Positions 12,301-22,140 of a stretch of 64,000 nt of DNA are shown here, one piece after another. Every line of letters begins with the position of its first letter. Position 1 is the stretch's first letter. This DNA comes from Raja brachyura (lineage: Eukaryota), in contig OY740783.1 in assembly GCA_963514005.1 (NCBI GenBank), positions 119,846,001-119,910,000 of the forward strand, written 5' to 3'. The notes under the pieces are model-generated. The model saw only the letters and a program-made list of their open reading frames with translations, was not told the origin of the DNA and did not search any database. The position numbers and the translations under genes were made by a program.

Positions 12301-13240
12301 AAAGAAAGAACTGCAGATGCTGGAAAATCGAAGGTAGACAAAAGTGCTGGAGAAACTCTGCAGGTGCAGCAGCATCTATGGAGCGATGGAAACAGGCAAC
12401 GTTTCGGGCTGAAACCCTTCTTCAGATTGATGTAGGGTGGGGTGGGGGAGAAGAGAGGAGAAAGGACGAGGAGGGGCCCGAGGGCTGAGGGAGAGCTGAG
12501 AAGGGGAGAAGACAGCAAGGACTACCCGAAATTGGAGGTCAATGTTTATGCCGCTAGGGTGCAAACTGCCCAAGCGGAATACGAGGTGCTGCTCCTCCAA
12601 TTTCCGGCGGTGCTCAATCTGGCCATGGAGGAGGCCCAGGACAGAAAGGTCGGATTCTGAATGGGAGGGGGAATTGAAGTGCTGAGCCACCGGGAGATCA
12701 GGTAGGTTAATGCGGACGGAGCAGAGGTGTTCTGCGAAACAATCGCCAAGCCTATGCTTGGTCTCACCGATGTAGATCAGCTGACACCTAGAGCAGCGGA
12801 TGCAATAGATGAGGTTGGAGGAGATGCAGGTGAACGTCTGTCGCACCTGGAACAACTGATTAGGTCCTTGAATGGAGTCGAGGGGGAAGGTAAAGTGACA
12901 AGTGTAGCATTTCTTTCGGTTGCAAGGGAAAGTGCCAGGGGAGGGAAGAATTGACCAGAGAGTTACGGAGGGAGCGTTCTTTGCGGAAAGCAGACAGGGG
13001 AGGAGATGGGAAGATGTGGTGAGTGGTGTGGTATGTGACGGCTAGTGGGGTGAAAGGTGAGGACTAGGTGGACTCTGCCCTTATTACGAGTGGGGGGGGG
13101 GGGGGGGATGGGGAAAGTGAGCAGTGTTACGGGGTATTGAAGAGAGCCTCATCTACAGTAGGGGAAGGGAACATCCGTTCCCTGAAGAATGAGGACATTT
13201 CCAATGCCCTGGTGTGGAACACCTCATCCTGGGAGCAGAT
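12300..13240 (-). mobile_element. Penelope-like element (Neptune-type) 3' part: GIY-YIG endonuclease plus pLTR tail
   Basis: ORF 12376..12855 contains TCISSNLIYCIRCSRCQLIYIGETKHRLGDCFAEH...VAQHFN, a PLE GIY-YIG with a CxxC insert. Confidence 0.88.
12397..12426 (-). ncRNA. Minimal hammerhead-ribozyme-like core in the PLE pLTR
   Basis: Minus strand reads CUGAAGA-agggtttcagccc-GAAAC-GUU, directly 3' of the GIY-YIG ORF. Confidence 0.55.
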
Positions 13241-13654
13241 CTGTGTCTGTGGAATTCTCTGCCTCAGAGGGCAGTGGAGGCAGGTTCTCTGGATGCTTTC
13301 GAGAGAGAGCTAAATGGGGCTCTAAAATATAGCGGAGTCAGGGGATACGGGGAGAAGGCAGCAACGGGGTATTGATTGGGGATGATCAGCCATGATCACA
13401 TTGAATGGCGGTGCTGGCTCTAAGGGCCAAATGGCCTACTCCTGCACCTATTGTCTATTGTCAGATGCGGCATAGTGTTACTTGCGAGCAAAGCACCAAG
13501 GCAAATTCCTGGTATGTGTACATACTTGGCTAATAAAATGTATTCAATTCAATCATATTGAATGGCGGTGCTGACTCGAAAGGCCGAATAGCCTACTTGA
13601 AGGGCCGAATGGCCACCTCCTGCATCTAAAAGTCTATGTTTATGAACTCAAGAC

Positions 13655-14548
13655 CTGGTCATTGAAAGTAGGCATGCAGGTGCAGCAGGCAGTGAAGGAA
13701 GTGAATGGTATTAAAGAAGGAACTGCAGATGCTGGAGAATCGAGGGTTACACAAAAAGCTGGAGAAACTCAGCGGGTGCAGCAGCATCTAAGGAGTGAAG
13801 GAGATAGGCGACGTTTCGGGTCGAGACCCTTCTTCAGACTCCTGAAGAAGGGTCTCGACCCGAAACGTCGCCTATCTCCTTCACTCCTTAGATGCTGCTG
13901 CACCCGCTGAGTTTCTCCAGCTTTTTGTGTAACCCCCGAAGTGAATGGTATGTTAGCAGTCATAGCGAAAGGATTTGAGTATAGGAGCAGGGCGGTTGTA
14001 CTGCAGTTGTACAGGGCCTTAGTGAGACCATACCTGGAGTATTGTGTACAGTTTTGATCCCCTAATCTGCAGAAAGACATTCTTGCCATAGAGAGAGTAC
14101 AGAGAAGGTTCACCAGATTGATTCCTGGGATGGCAGGACTTTCATACCAAGAAAGACTGGATAGACTTGGCTTGTACTCGCAGGAATTTAGAAGATTGAG
14201 GGAGGATCTTATAGAAACTTACAAAATTCTTAACAGCCTAGATGCAGGAAGATTGTTCCCGATGTTGGGGAAGTCCAGGACAAGGGGTCACAGTCTAAGG
14301 ATAAGGGGGAAATCTTTTAGGCCCAAGATGATAATTTTTTCTTCACACAGAGAGGGTGGTCTATCTGTGGAAGTTGAGGCCAGTTCGTTGGCTATATTTA
14401 AGAGGGAGTTAGATGTGGCCCTTGTGGCTAAAGGGAGAGAAGGCAGGTACAGGATACTGAGTTGGATGATCAGCCATGATCACATTGAATGGCGGTGCAG
14501 GCTCGAAGGGCCGAATGGCCTACTCCTGCACCTATTTTCTATGTTTCT
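13655..14548 (+). mobile_element. CR1 (HER1-like) LINE 3' fragment, interrupted by a PLE hairpin
   Basis: Encodes LQLYRALVRPYLEYCVQF and GLSYQERLDRLGLYS..RTRGHSL; CR1 3' tail gggccgaatggcctactcctgcacct. Confidence 0.85.
13712..13937. mobile_element. Penelope pLTR-derived fold-back insertion with two hammerhead cores
   Basis: Perfect inverted arms 13744-13837 and 13842-13935 with a 4-nt loop. 14-bp TSD gaagtgaatggtat at 13698-13711 and 13938-13951. Confidence 0.85.
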
Positions 14549-14804
14549 AAGTACAAGGGCTGTAGGGGAGGAGAGCGCACACACTGAGGGAGGGGAGGAA
14601 CACCGCAGGCCTGTAGTCCGGTCCCGGGCTCACCCCGACCCCTCAGGCCTCCGGCCACGCCGACTCACCCGAAACCATGCCCGCGTCCGGCCCGCTTCTC
14701 CGCTCCGGGCTCTCCAGAGGCCGGCTCTTAGCTGACTGCCCGCTCCCACCATGTGCGCTCCACGGCGGCCATTCCCGCTGAGCTCGACCGCCCGCTCCGC
14801 CGAC

Positions 14805-15212
14805 CGCTGGCGGCTGCGGCAACGACGGCCTCCCACCGGCGGCGGCGCTGTAGCTGGGTGTCTTCTGCTATCAAAACGGCCCAATGTACCGCCAGCGGCG
14901 CTGCTGACTGCGGCATCGCGGCCTCCCACCGGCAGCGGTGCTGTAGCTGGGTGTCTCCTGCTATCAAAACGGCCCAATGTACCGCCACCGGCGCTGCTGA
15001 CTGCGGCATCGCGGCCTCCCACCGGTGGCGGCGCTGCTGACTGCGGCAACGACGGCCTCCAACCGGCGGCGGCGCTGTAGCTGGGTGTCTCCTGCTATCA
15101 AAACGGCCCAATGTACCGCCAGCGGCGCTGCTGACTGCGGCATCGCGGCCTCCCACCGGTGGCGGCGCTGCTGACTGCGGCATCGACGACCTCCCACCGG
15201 CAGCGGCGTTGC
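14805..15212. repeat. GC-rich compound minisatellite (93-nt and ~40-nt units)
   Basis: gctgtagctgggtgtctcctgctatcaaaacggcccaatgtaccgcc occurs 3 times (CCAAT at 14881, 14974, 15108), interleaved with ggcctcccaccgg...gctgctgactgcggc units. Confidence 0.9.
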
Positions 15213-15289
15213 GACTGGATGTCCGCTGCTCTACCGTCTCCGCGGCCTACGTCACGAAGCGTCGGTCTCCACTTCCGTTTCCCCCCTGT

Positions 15290-15397
15290 ACACGCGCGCG
15301 CACACACGCACGCGTTAACGGACGGACAGCAGCAGCAGCGGCGGTGGTGGTGGCGACGGCAGCTGTGGCTGAGGGGAGTCGGGCTCAGGACAGCGAG
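15290..15397 (+). other. HAUS3: Putative non-coding exon 1 shared by HAUS3 and POLN (start approximate)
   Basis: Consensus donor GAG|GTAAGC at 15397/15398 inside the CpG island. Mammalian HAUS3 and POLN are known to share a first exon. Confidence 0.7.
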
Positions 15398-15625
15398 GTA
15401 AGCTTCACATCAACCGCTGGAAGCCCGCACGAAATAAATTGAGGGAGGCGGGGAAATCCCGTCCAATTGGGTGGGTTTGGTCGCTGGTGGGGTTCGTCCA
15501 GCGGAGTCCGCTGACGGAGGCCGGGTCGAGCTGAGCTGAGCCGCGCCGCAGTGAGGGGGAGGGGAGAGTCGGCCCAACGGTCACTGTGGGAACCCAGCGC
15601 GCGGCCCCGCACTTCTTCCCGCCGG

Positions 15626-17745
15626 TTAATGGGAGCGCACCGCCCTGCCTGGCTGATGCATCGGCCAATGGGAGCGCCACGGCCGCCCTTGTCTCAGCCA
15701 ATGGCGGCGCCTGTCTGTTCGCAGCCGGTCGCTCAGCCAATGGGAGCGCCCTTCTGTGCGCGCTCGATGGCTCCGCCAATGGGAGTGCCTCGATTGCCGG
15801 CGTCTCAGCCAATGGGAGCGCCCTTCGGTGCGCGCTCAGCGGCTCAGCCAATGGGAGCACCTCGATTGTCGATGTCCCAGCCAATGGGAGCGCCTCACCG
15901 CGCAGGGCCAGCGTCTCAGCCACTGGGAGCGCCATTCGGTGCGCGCTCGACGGCTCAGCCAATGGGAGCGGCTCGATTGTCGATGTCTCAGCCAATGGGA
16001 GCGGCCGTCAGTGCGCGCTCGTTGGCTCGGCCAATGGGAGCGCATCAACTGCCGGGGTCTCGGCCATTGAAAGCGTCTGTCGGTGCACGATTGTTGTCTC
16101 ACCCAATGGAGGGGCCTCGATTGCCGGCGTCTCAACCAATGGCGGCGCCGGGCGGCGATGCACCGGGGCCGATGAGGGATCCGCTCTCCACCCGCCTCAC
16201 GGCCCGGGCCATGCGGGCGCCCTATCCCACCCCGCTGGCGCCCCACCTCCCACAGCCCGCGGACCCTTCCCGCCCGATGGGCGCACACCTCTCGGGACCT
16301 TGGTCTAGACGTGTGCTCCTCCCGACGCCGGATCCAATGGGTGCGGCCCCTCGACCAATGGGCGCGCCTGTCCTGAAATCTCGGGTAGTGCATGTGCCCC
16401 TCTCGCCACCTCGGCCAATGGGCGCGCCTGCCTCGACACCTCGGGTAGTGCATGTGCCCCTCTCGCCACCTGCGATACCTCGGCCAATAGGCTCACTTCA
16501 CCCGCCACCTCGGCGAATGGGTTCGCCAGTCATGACATCTAGGTCAAGGGATGCGCTTCTCCCGACGCCGGATCCAACATGTGCGCCCCACCATCGGTCT
16601 ACGGCTCCTCGAACAATGGGTGCGCATGTCCCAACACCGCTACCAATGGGTACACCTCTCCCGCCATCTGCGGTGCCTCGGTCAATGGGACAGTTTCTCC
16701 CCACATCTCAGTCAATGAATACACCCCTCTTGACATATACGGCACAGCGACAAATGGGAATACCCCACCCATCGTCTGCGATGCCTCGGCCAATGGGAGC
16801 GTCCCTTCTGCCATCTGCAGCTTCTCAGCAAATGCGGGTGCCCCATACACGATCTGCAGCTCCTGTGCCATTGGGTGCGTCTTTCCCTCAATCTGTGGCT
16901 GCTCGGCCAATGGGAACGCCGCTCCGTTCATCTGCGGCATCTTGGCCAATGGGCTTGCCTCCTCTACCATCTGCATTCCCTCAGCCAATGGGAGCACCTC
17001 GCTCAGCTCCTCAGGCTCCACAGCCAATGGGAACCCCTCACTCAGCTTCTCCAGCTCCACAGCCAATGGGAGCATCTCGCTCAGCTCCACGGCCACTGGG
17101 AATGCCTCGCTCGGCTCCATGGCCAATAGGAGCAACGCACCTGGCTCCTCGGTCTATTGTAGAACCTCACCCATCTTCCCCAACATCTCGGCGAATGGGC
17201 TTAGTGCTGCCGGGGTCTGAGCTAATAGGAATGCCTCATCTGGCGTCTCGCTCTGCATTGCCATTGTCCCAGCCAATTGGAATGCCTCACCCTCGGCTAC
17301 CGTTATCTCTGGCATTGCGACTCAGGGGCTATTAGATACAAAATGTTACTTGGCTAATCTGTACAGTGGTAATTTGCTGCCTTGTGGGAATTTAGTGTCA
17401 TGCAGCACAAAACCAAGCATTCGACTCAACTCGCCCTTGCTGGCCAAGATGCTCCATCCAAGCTCGTCCCATTTGCCTGCTCCTGGCCCATATCACTGTA
17501 AACCATTCCTGTCCAAGTATTTTAAATGTTGTTATTGTACCTGCCTCAACTACCTCTTCTGTCGTGGTGGGAATAGATGGTAAAGCAATGCCTGGACAGA
17601 GGAGCGAATGGGTCAATGAGGGCACCTCTCTCTGCATGGTCGATGTTTCGACCCATGGACGCAGTACCTAACCCAGCTGGCATCTCAGCCAATGGGGACG
17701 CCTTACCCCACCCACCCTGCCGGCATCCTGGCCAATGGCAGCGTC
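15626..17745 (+). repeat. Degenerate 33/39-nt tandem array with core (c/t)c(a/g)gCCAATgggagc; ~27 exact CCAAT, all on +
   Basis: Cores at 15665, 15698, 15737, 15776, 15809, 15848, 15881, 15959, 15992, 16031, 16103, 16136 ... 16907, 16946, 16985, 17024, 17063 ... 17689, 17732. Confidence 0.92.
15629..17335 (+). CDS. Unannotated-looking 568-aa Pro/Met/Ser-rich '(S/R)(Q/R)PMG' repeat ORF in intron 1 (open from 15551)
   Basis: No stop over 1785 nt. All measured unit spacings are multiples of 3. Core varies synonymously or conservatively (PMG/PLG/PIG). No recognisable homologue. Confidence 0.45.
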   Translation: MGAHRPAWLMHRPMGAPRPPLSQPMAAPVCSQPVAQPMGAPFCARSMAPPMGVPRLPASQPMGAPFGARSAAQPMGAPRLSMSQPMGAPHRAGPASQPLGAPFGARSTAQPMGAARLSMSQPMGAAVSARSLARPMGAHQLPGSRPLKASVGARLLSHPMEGPRLPASQPMAAPGGDAPGPMRDPLSTRLTARAMRAPYPTPLAPHLPQPADPSRPMGAHLSGPWSRRVLLPTPDPMGAAPRPMGAPVLKSRVVHVPLSPPRPMGAPASTPRVVHVPLSPPAIPRPIGSLHPPPRRMGSPVMTSRSRDALLPTPDPTCAPHHRSTAPRTMGAHVPTPLPMGTPLPPSAVPRSMGQFLPTSQSMNTPLLTYTAQRQMGIPHPSSAMPRPMGASLLPSAASQQMRVPHTRSAAPVPLGASFPQSVAARPMGTPLRSSAASWPMGLPPLPSAFPQPMGAPRSAPQAPQPMGTPHSASPAPQPMGASRSAPRPLGMPRSAPWPIGATHLAPRSIVEPHPSSPTSRRMGLVLPGSELIGMPHLASRSALPLSQPIGMPHPRLPLSLALRLRGY

Positions 17746-18853
17746 ATTTGTCATGGCATGTATTTTATTTCATTAACTTTCAGTCTTTAACTGAATCTCT
17801 GTTCAGCTCAATTATTGTCTACGACAATGTTCATTATTCATGTTTTTAGAAAGACTGGTTATTTTCGACCCAAAGTTACTTTTGTTTGAGTTTGTATATT
17901 TTAAATGAACATTGTCTCCGATGTAACACTCTTAATTACACTCAATTGATGGTGGTGCTGAAGAATCTTTGTGAAGAGAATATGTTAATGGGGGAGGGTG
18001 GAAGTAGATGTCTAAAGAGATAAAATGCCGTTAAAAACAATTTATTTTCAAGGGTATTATACCTTGGAGAATCGCATTCTGAAGCTTACTGAACATGTTA
18101 AATTTGTACATGTTATGTCATAATTCATTGTTTTCTGTTAGAAGTGCTTTATTTTCAATGTTGATCATTATTGCTGCACTTGTACAAATTCCCTTTAAGC
18201 AGTGATTTGCAGTGGAATTTAAATTTATTAAATTTGACAAATAATTATTTTTGTATAACAATGTATGTTAAATAGTGTTCATATTGACTGTCAATACCAT
18301 TTCTGTATTTTTGTCCCTATTACAAATTGAATTGGATTTTTTCTTTCCCAGTAAAAAAAAATTAAGTATACTTAAATTCAGAGTTAAAAGTACTCTCTAA
18401 AGCATATACAGTACATAGTTTTTAAGAGTTTCCAGAGGGGTGAATATTGACTGATGAGATATTGTTTATGTTTGCGATCCTGTTAGCTGAATCATTATCA
18501 ACTAGAGTTTTAAATGCTGAGGAAAATGGGTGTTTTGTATCATTAGGAGAAATATTGGTTGGTAAGCACGTGACAAAAGCTTTTCACGTGACAATAATAA
18601 TAAACTAAATTAAACTACCTGCTAACATGTACTCCATCACCTTTAATCTCAAATATCACTGTTGACTACAGATTTATTATACTTTTGATCACCAGGGCTG
18701 TTTTTGTTTCTAGAAATGCTGCCATGCTTCTGTAAATTAAGTTAATGTATTGTTTCTGCTTGAGATTAAAACAGATATCCAGCATACCACTTTGTTGCAG
18801 TTGGATATTTTAAATCTTTCAGACCCCAGAAACGTTATCATGTACTCACCACA

Positions 18854-19768
18854 ATGAACGGGAGAATATTTGTAGAGACATTAAAGAAAATTGGTTATCC
18901 TAATGCCAATCAATTAAATGGGGAGCACTTTGATTGGTGGTTTGACATTGGCGATGAAAGAATATTTGTAGAATGGTTCTGCAACACTGTAAATGAACAG
19001 AATGTACTATCAGAAGAAGAGTTGAATGGATTGAAAAGACTTGAAGTTGAAGATTGCCTGTTGGATCAGAAAGACTTGGATCAGGTCTTGGAGACACGAC
19101 CTAAAGATGTGAAATCAAAATATGGCAACCTGGAAGAGATGACAGTTGACGAACTGGAAAGTGAAGTTGAAGTGCTACAGTTGACTCGAAATCTTAAAAT
19201 CCAGCGACGGAATAAGCAACAACTGATGGTTACTAAAATACACCATCTGCCGATGCAGCTACGGGATCAGGAGGATGAATGTGCCCGATTATTGAGAGAA
19301 ATACATCAGCAACTAGTGGTTGAAAATGCCAAATTAAATCGCACGCTGTTAAAGATTCACGAGGAAGTTCAGGAGCTAAGTTCTGCGTATTCGAGTACTG
19401 AGGCAGAAAAGAAACCAGAGCAAGAGATTGTCTTCATGTCACAACTTGCATTGGACCGCTATCTGCAACAAGAGGAACAATGCACCTCAGCGCTCACTGA
19501 ATACACCAAGAAACAGTTTTTTCAGGGCATAGTGGAGTTGGTTGCAAGCTCTGATGTAGAAAAATTTCAGCTGGTGCACTTAACTTCTCAACCTGTACAG
19601 GGACAGTGCAACGAGGTACTCGAAGAATATAAACAACAAATGGCAAGAATCCAAGCAGCATACAGCAGTGGGCAACGCCAGTTAATTTTAGCAAAAGCGA
19701 AGGAACAAAGTACAGAGGCTAGACTTCAATACTTGGAACAGATAATTTCATCAATGCGAACAAGAAAG
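18854..19768 (+). CDS. HAUS3: HAUS augmin-like complex subunit 3, coding exon 1 (exon starts 18823)
   Basis: MNGRIFVETLKKIGYPNANQLNGEHFDWWF matches the HAUS3 N-terminus; also YTKKQFFQGI. Acceptor tctttcag|, donor AAG|GTAGGT, 915 nt, phase 0. Confidence 0.97.
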
Positions 19769-22140
19769 GTAGGTAGAACCCGTGCTTTTATTCCGAGTTT
19801 ATTCCGCGGGTCCTAGACTCTCCCACTAGTTGAAAAATCCTTTCTACATCTACTCTATCCAGCCCTTTCACTATTCGAGCACTATTCGGTCCCCCTCATC
19901 CTTCTAAGTGCTTATATGTTAACCCACTCATTCCTGGGATCATTCTCGTAAACCTCTGGTCCGGCCCATTCATCCTCCGATACGGGGCCCAAATTTTCTC
20001 CCAATACTCCAAATGCAGTCTGACCAGCGTCTTATTAAAGTCTCAGCATTACATCCCAGTTTTTATATTCTATAGTCCTCCGAAATAAATGCTAGCATCG
20101 CATTTGCCTTCCTTACTACCGATTCGACTTGCAAATAACTTTTGGGGAATCCTGCACCAGCACTCCCAAGTCCCTCTGTCCCTGCGATTTCTGTATTCCC
20201 TCCCCATTTAGAAAATAATCTACACCTTTATTCCTACTATGAAAATACATGACTCCACAATTTTCCATGCTGTATTCCATCTGCCACCTCTCTGCCCACT
20301 CTCCCATCCTGCAGAGTCCCTATTTTTTTCAATACTACCTGTTTTTTCCTCCCTATCTGCGTATCATCTGCCAACGGCCGCTAAACCTTTTAATCCCCTC
20401 CTTTAAATCCTTGATATACAACGTGAAGAGTAGTGGCCCAAGTACTGACCCCTGCTGAACATCTGTAATCAATTTTTATCTGGAAGCTTTAGTGTAGACG
20501 TAGAGTACAAATGGAGCAAGCTAAATCAGATTGAAAATATTCGTACAGAGAAAACAATTAAAGCTGTATTCCTGGCCTGAAACGTTGCCTATGTATTGCT
20601 TCCACAGATGCTGCTTGACCTGCTGACTTTCTCCAGCACTTTGTATCTTGCTAAATTTTCAGGTTGATGTTTTAACAATTTTTTAAATTAAATTCTGTTG
20701 TTCATAAGTGATAGGAGCAGAATTAGGCCATTTGGTCCATCATGTTTACTCCGCCATTCAATCACCGCTGATCTATCTTTCCCTCTTAACCCCATTCACC
20801 TATCTTCTCGCTATAATCCCCAACACCCAGAGGATACCTATTGTATCAGAGGTTATCTGCTTCTCAATCCATTCTTCTTGCAAACGGTGTGCACAGCCTT
20901 AAGTTGTGGAACAACTTGTTCTATAGACAATAGGAGCAGGAGTAGGCCATTTGGTCCTTCGAGCCAGCACCGCCATTCAATGTGATCATGGCTGATCATC
21001 CCCAATCAGTACCCGTTCCTGCCTTCTTCCCATATCCCCTGACTCCGCTATATTTAAGAGCCCTATCTAGCTCTCTCTTGAAAGCATGCAGAGAACCTGC
21101 CTCCACTGCCCTCTGAGGCAGAGAATTCCACAGACTCACCACTCTCTGTGAGAAAAGTGTTTCCTCGTCTCCGTTCTAAATGGCTTACTCCTTATTCTTA
21201 AACTGTGTCCCCTGGTTCTGGACTCCTGCCTCTAGTGTGTCCAAGCCGTTAACAATCTTATGTTTCACCACCTTCTGTTTGATCTTATTTGATTGTGCAC
21301 GTCGGGTTGATTGCATTAGTCAAACTGGGCAGACCACGTGAAGGTTGCAATTTCCCACCCCTCTCAATCTATTGATGCTCTTGATTTCAGGCATCTCCCA
21401 CTTTCACTTCTGTTAAAGCCTCAGTTCCATTCTTGCCAAAGCACCTTCAACACTTTTTTTAAAGTTATATTTTGGTTAATGGCATCATTGACTAGGACCT
21501 CATTCACTGTTCATCTCTAATTATCCATGAGAAGGTGGTGGTGAGCAGCTGTTTGAACCACTGGTGTTGCTTGTAAAGATCATTTCACGGTGCTGTTGAT
21601 CAGTGATTTTCAGGATGAATAAAGCATTAATAAAGGACCGGCAATCTACTTCCAACTACAATTTGAATCTACTACCCTTGACCCCATTGGTAGGTCAAAG
21701 GTTGAGATGCTGTTGGAGTTGCCTAAGTGGGCAAATCTGTGCATTTTATAGGTAGCATATTCAACGGGTGGTAGAGTGAGTGAATATTTATGGTGTTTGA
21801 TGGACTGCTAGTCAACTGAGTGGCTTTCTTCTAGATGGTGTTGAGTGTCTTGAGAATTGTGTTGATGCTGCAAGTGGAGAGTATTCCTCCAGATTTCTGA
21901 TGTGCCTTGTAGTTAGTCGAAAGATTTTTGGCTGTCAGGGGTGAGTTATCTACTGCAAAAACACCCCTGTTCTGATCTATCCAGCTGAAGGACCAGTTAA
22001 GTGGAAATCCTGTTGAATCTTCCATGGCTCATCTTGGAGCAGAAAGAAAATTAAGGGAAGACTTGTGGAAGGTGCGCAGAATTGAGAAGTTTTGACTGAG
22101 CAAGTAAGAGCAAACTGATTTAGGGATGTCAATCCTCATA

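Larger units (their letters stand above)
14600..16600. promoter_or_regulatory. CpG-island promoter of HAUS3/POLN
   Basis: Dense CpG in an otherwise CpG-poor window. CRE-like tacgtcac ~15248, ETS-like cacttccg ~15270, CGCGCGCGCA ~15293, followed by a strong splice donor. Confidence 0.85.

Noticed and set aside
14630-15183. Several overlapping 95-151 aa ORFs on both strands
   Set aside because: Products of a GC-rich minisatellite; the 40/41-nt units shift the frame.
15405-17135. Minus-strand 'LPLAE' repeat ORFs
   Set aside because: Antisense shadows of the 3n-periodic array; shorter and interrupted.
15626-17280. CRISPR-like repeat-spacer array
   Set aside because: Eukaryotic context with no cas genes; the 'spacers' are homologous to each other and the conserved core is only ~14 nt.
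19769-19816. ORF-track extensions of HAUS3/POLN exons (also 24074-24112, 28101-28274, 37980-38044)
   Set aside because: Read-through past consensus splice sites into introns.
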